A DNA stretch of 64,000 nucleotides from Eledone cirrhosa (taxonomy: Eukaryota). Under the pieces are notes generated by a model. It searched no databases. It was not told where the DNA came from and worked only from the letters and a program-made list of their open reading frames with translations. Shown here one piece after another: positions 26,789-41,499 of this stretch. The DNA is taken from the NCBI GenBank assembly GCA_964016885.1, contig OZ024743.1, forward strand, positions 76,322,001-76,386,000, given 5' to 3'. How positions within the stretch are numbered: the first letter of the stretch is position 1; every line of letters begins with the position of its first letter. Made by a program: the position numbers and the translations under genes.

Positions 26789-27479
26789 CAGCAGCGGCAG
26801 TAGTAATAGTAGTTAGTGTGCGACGGAGAGTGACTGTTATGATAGTGGCGGTTGAGTGGTTAGGTTATGTCTGGCAGAGTGTGGGGTGGGTGTGAGGGTG
26901 TTAGTAAAGGGTGTCGCTACAAAGGGTCAAATAATTCCGATGTTGTGTGCAATAACAACAACAACAACAACATTAATAGTAATAACAAATAAATAAAAGA
27001 GAAAATGTTATTAAAGCATTCATTACTAGTTGTCAGGAGCCGACAGGCAGGTGTTTTCCACCACAACAACAATAACAACAACTACAACAATAACAACAAC
27101 TACAACAACAATGACAACAATAAAAATAACAACAACAACAAAAACAATGACAGTGACAATAACAGCAACAACAACAACAATGACAGTGACAATAACAGCA
27201 ACAACAACAACAACAATGACAATGACATCAATGACAACAATAACAACAATGACAGGGACAATAACATCAATGACAACAACAACAATAACAACAATGACAG
27301 AGACAATAACAACAATGACAACAACAACAATAACAACAATGACAGGGACAATAACATCAATGACAACAACAAGAAGAACTAGAATAAGAGGTGAAATGAA
27401 GACGTGAGAGTCTGTCAGACGTGGTCTCGTGAACTCTGTCAAACTAGATGACATTGTAAACTGATGACATTGTCTACAC

Positions 27480-27608
27480 CTTAAACAACAACATTACCGT
27501 AACCACCACCACCACCACATTCATTACCGTAACCACCACACACACCACCACCACCACCATTGCCGTAACCACCACCACCAACAACAACAACAACAACATC
27601 ATTACCGT

Positions 27609-27640
<32 letters not shown>

Positions 27641-30045
27641 TTACCGTAACCACCACCACCACCACCACATTTATTACCGTAACCACCACACACACCACCA
27701 CCACCACCATTGCCGTAATCACTACCAACGCCATCAATATCACTACAACAATCACCACCACCACCATCACCAATACTATAATCTCCACCACCATCACCAC
27801 CATCACCACCACCACCACCAACACCATCACAACCATCACCTACACCACCATCATCACCACCACCACCATCACCTACACCAACACCATCCACATCACTACA
27901 ACAATCACCAGCAACACCTTCATCACCAATACTATAATCTCCACCACCACCACCACCACCACCACCACCAATACCATCACCACCATCACCTACACCACCA
28001 CCATCACCACCACCACCATCACCAGAATCACCTCCACCACCACAGCCTTCGTCACTACCATTAACAACACCACCACCACCACCATCACCACCACCAACAA
28101 CACCACCACCACCATCACCATCACCACCAACAACATCATCACCACCTCCATCACCACCATCACCACCACCATCACCACCACCACCACCACCATCACCACC
28201 ATCACCACCACCATCACCAACAACACTATCACCACCACCACCACCAATACCATCACCACTAACACCACCACCATCACCATCACCACCACCATCACCACCA
28301 CCATCACCACCACCACCTCCATCAACACCACCAACAACACCACCACCACCATAATACCATCACCACCAACACCACCACCACCATCACCATCACCACCACC
28401 ACCATCACCACCATCAACGCCACCACCATCACCACCACCAACAACACCATCACCACCACCACCAATACCATAACCACCAACACCACCACCAATAACACCA
28501 CCACCACCACCACCACCACCAATACCATCACCACCAACACCACCACCACCATCACCATCACCACCACCACCATCACCACCACCACCATCACCATCACCAC
28601 CACCACCATCACCACCACCACCATCACCACCATCACCACCACCACTGCCATCACCACCACCAACACCACCACCACCATCACCACCACCATCACAACCACC
28701 ACCATCACCACCACCACCACCATCACCACCATCACCACCGCCACCACCATCACCACCACCACCACCATCACCACTATCACCACCACCACCATCACCACCA
28801 CCATCACCACCACCACCACCATCACCACCACCATCACACCATCACCATCAACACCACCACCACCACCACCATCACCACCTTCACCACCACCATCACCACC
28901 ACCACCAATACCATCACCACCAACACCACCACCACCATCACCATCACCACCACCACCATCACCACCACCACCATCACCATCACCACCACCACCATCACCA
29001 CCACCACCATCACCACCATCACCACCACCACTGCCATCACCACCACCAACACCACCACCACCACCACCACCAACATCACCACCACCAACACGATCACCAC
29101 CGTCACCACCACCACCATCACCACCATCATCACCATCACCACCATCACCACCACCACCAACACCACCACCACCAACACCATCACCAAAACCACCATCACC
29201 ATCACCACCACCACCACCATCACCACCACCACCATTACCACCATCACCACCATCACCACCACCACCACCAACAACAACACCATCACCGCCACCATCACCG
29301 CCACCAACACCACCACCACCACCAACACCACCACCACCACCAACATCATCACCATCACCATCACCACCACCACCACCACCATTACCACCACCACCATCAC
29401 CACCATCACCACCACCACTGCCATCACCACCACCAACACCACCACCACCACCACCACCAACATCACCACCACCAACACGATCACCACCGTCACCACCACC
29501 ACCATCACCACCATCACCACCAACACCACCACCACCACCACCACCATCACCATCACCACCACCACCACCATCACCACCATCGCCACCACCAACAACACCA
29601 ACACCACCACCACCACCATCACCACCACCAACAACACCACCACCACCACTACCACCACCATCACCACCACCGCCATCACCACCACCATCACAACCACCAC
29701 TATCACCACCACCACCAACATCACCACCACCACCATCACCACCATCGCCACCACCAACAACACCAACACCAACAACACCACCACCACCACCACCACTACC
29801 GCCACCATCACCACCACCGCCATCACCACCACCATCACAACCACCACCATCACCACCACCACCACCATCACCACCATCACCACCATCACCACCACCACCA
29901 CCATCACCACTATCACCACCACCACCATCACCACCACCATCACCACCACCACCACCATCACCACCACCATCACACCATCACCATCACCACCACCACCACC
30001 ACCACCATCACCACCTTCACCACCACCATCACTACCACCACCACA
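27480..30045. repeat. Degenerate (CAC/CAT)n low-complexity tract
   Basis: About 2.5 kb of cacc/catc triplets with internal block duplications. Confidence 0.97.
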
Positions 30046-30341
30046 AACAATTTTGGGGGGAGTGGGAAGTCGATTAAATCGGCACCAATGCATTACTGGT
30101 ACTTCGTAAGGATGAAAGGCAAAGCTAACTTCGGCAGGATTTGAATTCAGAATGTAAATCCACCGCCTTTATTAAATCTAAAATAAACATTGAAAGTTCC
30201 TAAAAAGACCTTTAAGTTTGGAAAAATCCAATAATTTCCCCGAAAAAGATTTTCTATTCGTGATACTGGGCCCAACCGAACGCCTAGTTTTGTATCTTCG
30301 TCGGCTGGCCCCTGTATGACCCCGGAAGAATTTAGGTTTTG

Positions 30342-30399
30342 CCGTCTGAAGAGCTCAGGCTATCATAACTGACAGTCCGCAATGAAATATGTATAACGG
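30342..30399 (+). ncRNA. Hammerhead-like motif (stem II decayed)
   Basis: ccgt CTGAAGA gctcagg..ctgacag.. GAAA tatgta TA|acgg, about 50 nt upstream of a (TA)n/(TG)n tract. Confidence 0.55.
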
Positions 30400-30449
30400 A
30401 GTTTTAAATAAACCTGAATCAACTGGATATGGCCGCCCATCTTTTATTA

Positions 30450-30552
<103 letters not shown>

Positions 30553-30555
30553 TGT

Positions 30556-30587
<32 letters not shown>

Positions 30588-31198
30588 AGGAAGAGTTGAA
30601 ATAAATGAAAGCAAGATTTCACAGCACTAGCGTCACTCCTTCACAACCAGTCTATGAAGTTTTCAGTCTACTCATAGTAAAATATAGGCAAGTTTAACAA
30701 TTAAAACAGGAGTAGAGACAGAATTAGCTCTGTAAATGTAAGTATATATGGTCCCTTAACTCCTGATAGAGTCGTAGGGGCGCCGTATTGACATACAGCG
30801 TTTCTTGGGCATTTTAAGCCTCGAGGAGCCCATCTCTTTCCAGGCCTGAGTACAGCAGATTTCTTTCAGAGAAGGATTGACTGAGTGACAGAGAAGAAAT
30901 GAGAAAAAGATATAGAGGAAGAATTAACCCAGTACTAGACTGGTACTTTATCGACCTCGAGAGGATGAAAGGCAAAGTTGACCTCGACGGGATTTGAACT
31001 AAGACAGCAGAAAGTCTGAACGAATACTTCAAAAGATTCTATCCGAAGTTCTAACGACTCTATCAATTCGCCGCCTAACTCTACAAATATGTATCTATAA
31101 TCAATTGAGGAACACGTGCTTGTGTTACCAGGATTTTCAATTCTGTCAACTCAATGAATCTGGACTCTTTACTAACATTTAAATCTCGACCTTCCCCT

Positions 31199-31284
<86 letters not shown>

Positions 31285-31420
31285 CACACACACAAATACA
31301 CACACACACACATACACACAAATTGAGCTCTATCTCTTTGTTAAGGAAAGGCTTCTTCAATGTCGGAAGATTTCAAATAAATGAAGAGGCAATACCTGTC
31401 TACATACATAAAACATACAT

Positions 31421-31527
<107 letters not shown>

Positions 31528-31574
31528 AATATATATATATATCTATATATATATATAAATATATATATATATCT

Positions 31575-31630
<56 letters not shown>

Positions 31631-32081
31631 ATATAATATTATAAAGCTGAGTGTCGTGTGTATGTATTATGTATGTATGTATCCTACACACCTCCCTATA
31701 GTTTCTTAGCTTTACTCTCTCCGTCGCTCTTCCCTCTCTCTATAATAGATCATTCCCCCTCTCTTTAATTTAACTGCTTTACTCTCTCTGTCGCTGTTCA
31801 CTCTATAATATTATAAAGCTGAGCGTCGTCTCTCTCTCTCTCTCTCTCCCTCTTTCACCCTCTCTATAATTTAACTGCTTTCTCTCTGTCTCTCCTCACT
31901 CTCTATATGACAACAATCTTTTACTTTCCGTATCTACCGTCAATAGAGATGAGCGTCGTATGTATGTTTATTTCGAAAGGAAAACCTCCTTCAAATTCGG
32001 TCAACACACAAGCAGGTAATACATACATCAAAAGGCAACCCTCTTAGAAAGACAGAGAGTGAAAGAGACAGATTAGGAAAA

Positions 32082-32113
<32 letters not shown>

Positions 32114-32142
32114 CTAAAGAGAGAGAGAGGAGAGAGGAGAGG

Positions 32143-32212
<70 letters not shown>

Positions 32213-32385
32213 AAGAGAAACAGAGGGACGGGCAAGAAGGTAATACATACATCTAAAATCATTTGGATACAAATATCATAATATGATGGTTGCAGAACGA
32301 AAATACAGACAAATATAATAATATATGTATCCCACACACTTTTTCTGTCGTCGCTCGCACAAGTAACACACACACACACACACGC

Positions 32386-32457
<72 letters not shown>

Positions 32458-32587
32458 GATTTCGCCAATTGCCGGATAACATCAAAACAAAACCCACAGA
32501 CACACATGCATATACACACGTACACAGACACACAGACACACATACACATACGCAAAAACACACACACACACACACATATCTATACTT

Positions 32588-32620
<33 letters not shown>

Positions 32621-32711
32621 GATCATCCCCCTCTATAATTTAACTGCTTTACTCTCTCTGTCGCTCTTCACTCTCTATGACAACACTGTTTTAGTTTCCG
32701 TATCTCCCTTC

Positions 32712-32748
<37 letters not shown>

Positions 32749-32749
32749 T

Positions 32750-34822
32750 CGGAAGGACAATGTCGTTTGAGCCCTCCTGCTGATTTACACTCTCTACCAC
32801 ATGCTTGGCAGGCATGATGAGTAACATCTCCGATAGCAGCCTGGTAGTCAACCACTGGTCTCACTTTATGACTGTGAAAATGACTTTCGGGTCCAGCTTT
32901 GCTGAGGCAGAGTCCCGCACAGACGCTGCATGTCAGCGCCATAGGAGGACCTTCGCTGTCTGGAAATGTAACAGCAATGCCCTTCCTCACACCTCTCTTT
33001 ACTTTCTCGTATGCGATTCGAGATGCCTTAAAGGCAACTTCCCCCTCATATGCAGTCTTTCTCCATTTATTATGATCAGCAGCTATGCTTTCCCATGTAT
33101 CAGCAGAGATGTTAGCGTCTTTCAAAGAGGCTTTCAACGAATCCTTATACCTCTTTTTTGGTTTATTTGGAGGTAGTTTTCCTTTAACTAACTCTCCATA
33201 AAAGAGTTGTTTGGGTATCCTAGAATCTTTGATCCTGGCAAGGTAACCACTCCATCGGAATCTTTGCTTAAGCACAAGAGCTTCTATGCTATCACACAGA
33301 GAGCATTCCAAAATCTCGACATCACTAATGTGGTCCCTCCAGTGAACGCCATGGATCCGTCTGAGACACATCTGATGGAAACATTTCAACTGTTTAAGGT
33401 AGTGTCGATATGTGACCCATATCTCACAGGCATAAAGAAGAGAAGAGAGCACACATGCCTTGTATACCTTTACCTTTGACTTCTTGCATATGTCTCGCCG
33501 ACCCCAGAGGCGCCTTTCTAGCTTTCCGAAAGCTTCACTTGCTTTCCTAATCCTGAGTGGAATTTCATTATCAAGATTGCTCTATCGATTGACAGTGCTT
33601 CAGGTAGACAAACTGATCAACCACTCCAAATCGTTTATCATACACATAGATATTTGGTTTATTGTACTGCTTACCAGGAGCAGGTTAGTAAATAACAACG
33701 GTTTTCTTGAGACTTGGTCAATCCTAGGGCAGTGCAACCATCAGAAAATGCATTCAAAATGTGTTACATATCACTCTGTGTGCGCTACAAGATTGAAATC
33801 ATCTGCATACAAAAGGCCTCTTATGGTGAGGCTTTTGTTTTTGCAGCAAAGCGCCTGATATTAAATATGCTACCAGAGGTTCGATAGTGGATGTAAACAT
33901 CATGCTTGCAATTCCTGAATGCAATATAGAAAACCATCACAAAGTATATGGTAAATAGGATCAGTGCTTGAATATCCCCCTGTTTCACTCCATTTTTTAC
34001 TGAGATAGGTTCCGACATGTTACTTCTGACATTAACCCAAGCCTTCTTTGTACCAATCCCAGAACACGCCTGCATACATCATAAACCGACTTTTTAAGGG
34101 TCGGCCAATCCTCACCAAAATCTGCAACATTCTTTTCTTCTCGCAATGTCCTCTTCACACTATTATCCATAAGACAAGCAGCATTCAGTCTTTTGGGCAA
34201 GGTAATACCAGCAGCCCGGATTTTACGTTTTGTAATTAATTTCACTTTTGCACGTACCAGGTGATGGTCCGTCCAGCACTCAGCCCCACGAAGAACAGGA
34301 ACACACTGCACATATCGTCTGTCGCACACTGACAAGGATGTAGTCCAGAAGATGCAATTTTTTAGGTACTTTATTCTTAACTCTGAAGCCGAGAATCATT
34401 CGGTTTCCTAGTTAGAATTTTAGTCTACGACTATAAGTTGTAGCGATGAAAGAATGGTATTTAACTAATGTATTTGTACGCGATGGGGCCCACCCACAGC
34501 CCCGGCGAACAGAATGGAGAAGGCGTTTCCCCGGAGGACGGCAAGGGAGACGCGCTGGAAAAGCCACTCCAACTCTCAGGGCTCACACCTGCGGCTGGCC
34601 AGCTCAGCGCCTATGGTGGTGTGTGAGGAGGTAGCCCTGGGGCTGAGGATACCAGAAGTTTCCACTGCCAGGGGAACACACAGATCCAGCTCCTCACACA
34701 ACTGCAGTAGAAACATACCATTGCTGTTACACTTTCCCACCCATGCCTTCCGATTACATTCCATGTGTTAAAATCCTACACACTAGATTAAAGTCACCCA
34801 GCACGATGACCTTGTATGCCTG
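32750..34822 (-). pseudogene. Degenerate RTE-clade LINE (APE fragments, RT, C-terminal C2H2 fingers)
   Basis: GKCNSNGMFLLQLC, HLLDYILV, GAECWTDHHLVR, VKNGVKQGD..LFTIY, LLYACEIW, RWSGYLARIKDSRIPKQLFYGEL, CSVCAGLCLSKAG and CQACGRECKSAGGLKRH. Confidence 0.92.
34360..34676 (-). mobile_element. CRE-like RLE retrotransposon 3' fragment nested in the RTE
   Basis: PLAVETSGILSPRATSSHTTIGAELASRRCEP..WLFQRVSLAVLRGNAFSIL, homologous to 59910-60185. Confidence 0.75.
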
Positions 34823-35475
34823 AGGGACATACATACATATATGATGGCTGCCCCCTCGTTATCGAGTATGGCCATTGCACGATATACCATTATTAACAAT
34901 TATTAATTAATTCTATCATGCAATGCCTGTGCGTGAAGATATTTTAAAGTGCGGAAAGACTGTGCACTGAGCCAATCCCACTATCTAAGCGACAGTAGCT
35001 ATAACCCGAAAAGAAGAAAAGATCAACATCATCGGTAACTACTGAGCCGCAGGTTTTTATATCGGAGTTATCCCAGTTTCCTAGAAGAATACCCTGACAA
35101 AGGTTATGGGTCCTTCACTCCCAGTGGTTTAACCCATGTATATACACATATACATACATATGTACATGTGTATATACATATTTACATACATACATCCTTA
35201 TACATACATAGAAAATTACAAGTACAATCCATTAATGGAACAGTAAAAATGTGTAAAACATTCCAAAAATGTTGCATTCGTCCATACATATACAGAGATC
35301 TTATTCAAAAGAAGGAAGGCGACACTTATGACCTTTTACAAAGGCTCCCAAATTGATGAGATCGATTGTGATTGATGTTCAGTCTTATCCGATCTCTATA
35401 TCAAAAAGCTCCCGCGCGATTCTCGATTTCCAGCACCATTCTCGTATCTCTCTCTTTCTCTCTCTCTCTCTCTCT

Positions 35476-35520
<45 letters not shown>

Positions 35521-35639
35521 AAGGACTAGTCTCTGAAACGTTAAGACCCTCTTCCTGCTATTTCAAACTTTAAACTAATATATTCCTTCCATATACTGTA
35601 CCGATTGTGTTGTTATTTCTGTTTTCCTTTCTACTATTT

Positions 35640-35705
<66 letters not shown>

Positions 35706-35802
35706 ATATAATAAGAATTTTATTTCTCGCTCTACCACAGCTGATACATAAAAGTAAGTATGCATACGTACACACATATATATATATATACACATATCTG
35801 TG

Positions 35803-35833
<31 letters not shown>

Positions 35834-35866
35834 ACGCATGCATACTTACTTTTATATATATATTTG

Positions 35867-35914
35867 ACAGGCTGAACGAATGGGCCCAGAACCCAAAGAA
35901 ACTTGAGTACCTGT
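35867..35914 (+). ncRNA. Hammerhead-like motif with a 1-nt core insertion
   Basis: acagg CTGAAcGA a tggg-cccagaa-ccca aa GAAA cttgag TA|cctgt. Stem I is 5 bp. The segment is flanked by TA repeats. Confidence 0.55.
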
Positions 35915-36000
35915 TTATGTCACTGTTGTAATTATTGATACTAAACTCGTCCTATGGACTGAGTGCTCTTACTCTTGGATATTTCCACTTAACTTTTAAC

Positions 36001-36091
<91 letters not shown>

Positions 36092-36139
36092 TAAAATAAC
36101 AGAGTATATATATATATTAAAATAGAGTATATATATATA

Positions 36140-36832
36140 TATATACAGACGTACAGTAGTATGTATATATATACATTCATGAACACATATATATATGCAC
36201 GTATCGGTTTACCGAACATTTATTATAATGCTCGGTTTGTTTGTTTGTAATCGTTTTAGGTGTGCCCGGCCGACTGAACTCACTCGATATGCAAATTAGG
36301 CTGCTCAGCCGTTAATATGCATAAGGAAAGTATATACTTTCAGACGTTCAACCGTTTGGCAGGAAGGTATACATCGTTCCTGTGTCAGTGTTGAACAAAA
36401 AGGTGACGCGGTTGCCTAAACACTGTACGGCGTAATTCGGGCTGTTTGTTTACAAACAAACAGATCGAGCATTATTTGGATTGGCAGTATCGGTAGAGTG
36501 TCGGACGCCATGCTTTCCAGCATAGTTACGTCCCTTTACGATCTGAGTTCAAATCCCGCCGAGGTTGACTTTGCCTTTCATCCTTACGGGGTCGATAAAA
36601 TAAAGTACCAGTAATATACTGAAATAATTGCTGGCCTTGTGCCAAAAGTAGAAACAATTATTATAAATGTTCGGTAAACCGATACGTGCATATATATATG
36701 TGTGCATGTATGTATATATATACATACTACTGTACGTCTGTATACATATATGTATGTACGTATACATACATACATACTTACATTTAAGTAAGTGCCGTAC
36801 GAAGAGTGAGAAATGAAATTTCGTTTCATTCT
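36140..36832. mobile_element. Second, diverged copy of the ~470-bp element with an inverted end, interrupted by a SINE
   Basis: Shares tgcaaattaggctgctcagccgttaat, gaaagtatatactttc, cctgtgtcagtgttgaacaaaaaggtgacg and aagagtgagaaatgaaatttcgttt with 55721-56577. 36141-36250 is inverted relative to the other end. Confidence 0.8.
36476..36660 (+). mobile_element. SINE family A
   Basis: Full-length match to the family consensus. Confidence 0.88.
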
Positions 36833-36872
<40 letters not shown>

Positions 36873-36889
36873 TACATATACATTATATA

Positions 36890-37261
36890 TTAGGGTGGCC
36901 CTTAATTTTCGACTTTCTAAAGGTTTAGCTCCCACCCCCCTATCTTGTTCCAATTAACAAACAACTAATCTACGCAAAATTTTACTTCAAGCAAACAACT
37001 GCAAGGCGACCCTCATCGACTGTAAAATTTTGAAGTTTTCACCCGGAAAGTCATTTTTTCAGATAAAAATTTTGTATCTCTTATATAATTTTCTCTTAAA
37101 TTATTCTTGGTATTAGAAGGATAAGCGAGAAAAATATAATAGGGAAGGCAACTTGCAAAGCTGGGACAGAGCGCAAGTATAGGGCAAACACCTATTTTTC
37201 ACTGTGGGAGCAGCAAAATTTTAACTTTCGAGAAATTACCTATTGCTAAGGGCCACCCTAA
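36890..37261. mobile_element. Non-autonomous DNA transposon (MITE)
   Basis: 15-bp TIRs ttagggtggccctta / taagggccaccctaa. No clean TSD resolved in the TA-rich flanks. Confidence 0.8.
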
Positions 37262-37317
37262 TATACATATATCCGTATATGGTTGACAGCTGAGAGAAAT
37301 GAGTACTCGGTTTTGAG

Positions 37318-37373
<56 letters not shown>

Positions 37374-37467
37374 AGTAATTCCGGGTTGAATCGGAGGTAA
37401 CCACAGTAAGTAAGGTACTCAATACATAGAAGAGTATAAAAGTTTTAACATAGATGAGATTGTACAC

Positions 37468-37504
37468 GACTAGAACTGTTTCATTCTTTAGAAATCGTCA
37501 GGAA
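37468..37504 (-). ncRNA. Hammerhead core-like motif (stem I not evident); related copy at 39274-39310
   Basis: Minus strand reads CTGACGA tttctaaagaat GAAA cagttctag TC. The second copy is CTGATGA tttctcccgaat GAAA cagttctag TC. Both lie in short TA-flanked segments. Confidence 0.45.
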
Positions 37505-37629
37505 TCTGATGTATATGTATATATACTCTCCTTACTATCCTTGCTTTCATATTTCTCCTTGCTCCCCTTTTCTCATTGTATTTGTATATAAACAAGTACT
37601 TGTATAGATACAAGTATTTGTATAGATAC

Positions 37630-38072
37630 AAGGAGAAAGGGAGAGCAAGGAGAAAAGGAGAGCAAGTACAGCAATGAGAAAGGTAGAGCAAGGATAAAAG
37701 GAGAACAATGAGAGCAATGGGAAAGGAAGAGCAAGGAGAAAGGGAGAGCAATGAGAAAAGGAGAGCAATGAGAAAAGGAGAGCAAAGAGAGCTAGGAGAG
37801 CAATGAGAAAAGGAGAGCAAGGATAAAAGGAGAGCAAGGAGGGCAATGAGAAAGGAGAGCAAGGAGGGCAAGGAGAAAGGGAGAGAAATGAGAAACGGAG
37901 AGCAAGGATAAAATGAGAGCAAGGAGAGCAGGGATAAAAGGAGAGGAAGGAGAAAAGGCGAGCAAGGAGAGCAATGAGAAAAGAGAGCAAGGAGAGCAAT
38001 GAGAAAAGGAGAGCAAGGAGAGCAATGAGAAAAGGAGAGCAAGGAGAGCAATGAGAAATGGAGAGCAAGGAG
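37630..38072. repeat. Purine-rich minisatellite (ggagagcaa/tgagaaaa)
   Basis: Direct reading. Confidence 0.9.
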
Positions 38073-38490
38073 AGGTTAAGGCAAATATTGCTCAAGTTAT
38101 GCTGGAAGCAGACAAAGTTGAAGAAGAGGAAGGAAAAAAAATCAACTGAAGAGGTACATTCTGCACCAAAATTACTTTTCTTCTTTTACAAACATCGAGT
38201 TTTCGTCTTTTGTAACTCTTGGTAGAAAAACTTACTTCGCGAGATTTTCTATCAGCACCGATTTCCTCGACCCTTCAACATGGAAGGATGGTCCTGGTTA
38301 CAAAAGTGGACTTGAAAAACTTGAGAAGACAGTTGTGAATGATATTGCAGAAAGAAGTGTCAAACTCATTCAGGATTACAATAACATTCTCACAAAAGAT
38401 GAAACTGAGAAACAATTTGTTTTACAGATCGTTACCGAAAACCGTAAAACATATCCAACTGCCACTAAATCCTCTCTTATGCAAAAGTAA
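38071..38490 (+). pseudogene. C-terminal fragment of a DNA transposase (hAT-like, probably hATm-type)
   Basis: Frame 38161-38490 reads ..TDFLDPSTWKDGPGYKSGLEKLEKTVVNDIAERSVKLIQDYNNILTKDETEKQFVLQIVTENRKTYP. The VVND.AER.VKL motif was recognised from memory. This frame is not in the ORF track. Confidence 0.68.
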
Positions 38491-38677
38491 TTGTTTCTGC
38501 GTTAGGCACAAGGCCAGCAATTACCCAGTGTATTACTGTTACTTTATTTTATCGACCCCGTAAGGATGAAAGGCAAAGTTAACCTCGGCGGGATTTGAAC
38601 TCAGAATGGCAAGGGCCGTAACTCTATGCGTCAAAGCGTGGCGTCCGACCCTCTACCAATACTGCCAATCCACAATG
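38487..38677 (-). mobile_element. SINE family A with 15-bp target-site duplication
   Basis: TSD ctctcttatgcaaaa at 38472-38486 and 38678-38692. Confidence 0.9.
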
Positions 38678-39164
38678 CTCTCTTATGCAAAAATAATGTT
38701 CAATATTCAGTGTTCATTGAACACATATTTTTGATTCTATAGAAATTATTGTTGTAAATAAAAATGCGTTTCTCTTATAGAAGTTAGGGTTTAAGAAAAT
38801 CTAATATTTCTTAAGTTTTTTATGTTATTTCAGGAAGTTTTCAAATTGGCTATTGGTGAATTTGATTCAGAACGTTTCAAAACATTTGCTGGGGTGTCCA
38901 CATAAATTTCTCCAAGAAGAAAAAGAAAAAAGAAAATGGTCGAGATAGGAAACAGCTCCCCATTCCCCCTCTCTCTCTCTCTCTCTCTCTCTCATTTCAC
39001 TCCTCACTTCTTCCTCATGCCATAACCCAGCACTATCATAAATATATATCGTGGAAATACATACAACATACACACACAGGAATACACGCACACGCACACA
39101 CATTAAATGTCCATGTATAAATATGCTTGAACTTGCAAACACACACACACAGACACACACACAA

Positions 39165-39252
<88 letters not shown>

Positions 39253-39325
39253 ATATAGAAATGGCTTCTACATGACTAGAACTGTTTCATTCGGGAGAAA
39301 TCATCAGGATATATATGTATATATC

Positions 39326-39356
<31 letters not shown>

Positions 39357-39357
39357 G

Positions 39358-39427
<70 letters not shown>

Positions 39428-39592
39428 ACGAAACGTATATGCATGATTATATACATATATTTATATATATTTGTATATATGCATGTATATATGTGTGTGT
39501 GTTTCTCTCTCTCTCTCTCTGTGATTAAACATCTTTCCTTGTATTATATTTTGTATTCCTTTTTGTTTTGTCTATTTGTTTCCATGTTCCTT

Positions 39593-41241
39593 CATCTCTA
39601 TAAGCCGCTCCTGTCCCTGTTAGGGGGGGGGCAATGGCCGTCATCTCTATAAACCGCTCCTGTCCCTGTTAGGGGAGCAATGGCCGTCCTCTCTATAAAC
39701 CGCTCCTGTCCCTGTTAGGGGGGGGGGGCAATGGCCGTCCTCTCTATAAACCGCTCCTGTCCCTGTTAGGGGGGCAATAGCCGTCATCTCTATAAACCGC
39801 TCCTGTCCCTGTTAGGGGGCAATGGCCGTCATCACTATAAACCGCTCCTGTCCCTGTTAGGGGGGCAATGGCCGTCATCTCTATAAACCGCTCCTGTCCC
39901 TGTTAGGGGGGCAATGGCCGTCATCTCTATAAACCGCTCCCGTCCCTGTTAGGGGGGCAATGGCCGTCATCTCTATAAACCGCTCCTGTCCCTGTTAGAG
40001 GGCAATGGCCGTCATCTCTATTAACCGCTCCCGTCCCTGTTAGAGGGGCAATGGCCGTCATCTCTATAAACCGCTCCTGTCCCTGTTAGGGGGGGGGGGC
40101 AATGGCCGTCATCTCTATAAACCGCTCCCGTCCTTGTTAGGAGGGTAATGATCCTGTTAGGAAGGTAATGGCCGTCATCTCTATAAGCCGCTACTGTCCC
40201 TGTTAGGAAGGTAATGGCCGTCATCTCTATAAGCCGCTACTGTCCCTATTAGGAAGGTAATGGCCGTCATCTCTATAAGCCGCTACTGTCCCTGTTAGGA
40301 AGGTAATGGCCGTCATCTCTATAAGCCGCTACTGTCCCTGTTCGGAAGGTAATGGCCGTCATCTCTATAAGCCGCTACTACCCCTGTTAGGAAGGTAATG
40401 GCCGTCATCTCTATAAGCTGCTACTGTCCCTGTTAGGAAGGTAATGGCCGTCATCTCTATAAGCCGCTACTGTCCATGTTAGGAAGGTAATGGCCGTCAT
40501 CTCTATAAGCCGCTACTGTCCCTGTTAGGAAGGTAATGGCCGTCATCTCTATAAGCCGCTACTGTCCCTGTTAGGAAGGTAATGGCCGTCATCTCTATAA
40601 GCCGCTACTGTCCCTATTAGGAAGGTAATGGCCCGTCCTCTCTATAAGCCGCTACTGTCCCTGTTAGGAAGGTAATGGCCGTCATCTCTATAAGCCGCTA
40701 CTGTCCATGTTAGGAAGGTAATGGCCGTCATCTCTATAAGCCGCTACTGTCCCTGTTAGGAAGGTAATGACCGTCCTCTCTATAAGCCGCTACTGTCCTT
40801 GTTCAGAAGGTAATGGCGGTCATCTCTATAAGCTGCTACTGTCCATGTTAGGAAGGTAATGGCCGTCATCTCTATAAGCTGCTACTGTCTCTGTTAGGAA
40901 GGTAATGGCCGTCATCTCTATAAGCTGCTACTGTTCCTGTTCGGAAGGTAATGACCGTCATCTCTATAAACCGCTACTGTCCATGTTAGGAAGGTAATGA
41001 CCGTCATCTCTATAAGCCGCTACTGTCCATGTTAGGAAGGTAATGGCCGTCATCTCTATAAGCTGCTACTGTCCATGTTAGGAAGGTAATAGCCGTCATC
41101 TCTATAAGCCGCTACTGTCCATGTTAGGAAGTTAATGGCCGTCATCTCTATAAGCTGCTACTGTCCATGTTAGGAAGGTAATAGCCGTCATCTCTATAAG
41201 CCGCTGCTCTCTCTTTGTGTTAGGAGGCTAATGGCCGTCAT
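39593..41241. repeat. ~46-bp minisatellite, ~35 units, two sub-arrays
   Basis: ccgtcatctctataaaccgctcctgtccctgttaggggggcaatgg, switching to ccgtcatctctataagccgctactgtccctgttaggaaggtaatgg near 40140. Confidence 0.98.
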
Positions 41242-41499
41242 ATTAAAAGTGGACGTCATCCTCCTGTTATGTTCTACCACCAACAGCACTATACTTGTGG
41301 TTGCCATAGAGACAAACTAATTTAAAGCTAATCAAACTGGTCACCTGATAGTCTTGTTCCGCCTAACACATACTACTAGCCCCATACACCCACACAAACT
41401 TCATCATCATCATCACGACCAACAACGACTATAACAAGAACACAACCAACGTCATAATTACCACTAACGTCAACAATAAAAATAACATCATCATCATCA

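Noticed and set aside
27474-30093. Val/Met- or Gly-rich ORFs
   Set aside because: Low-complexity (CAC)n translation.
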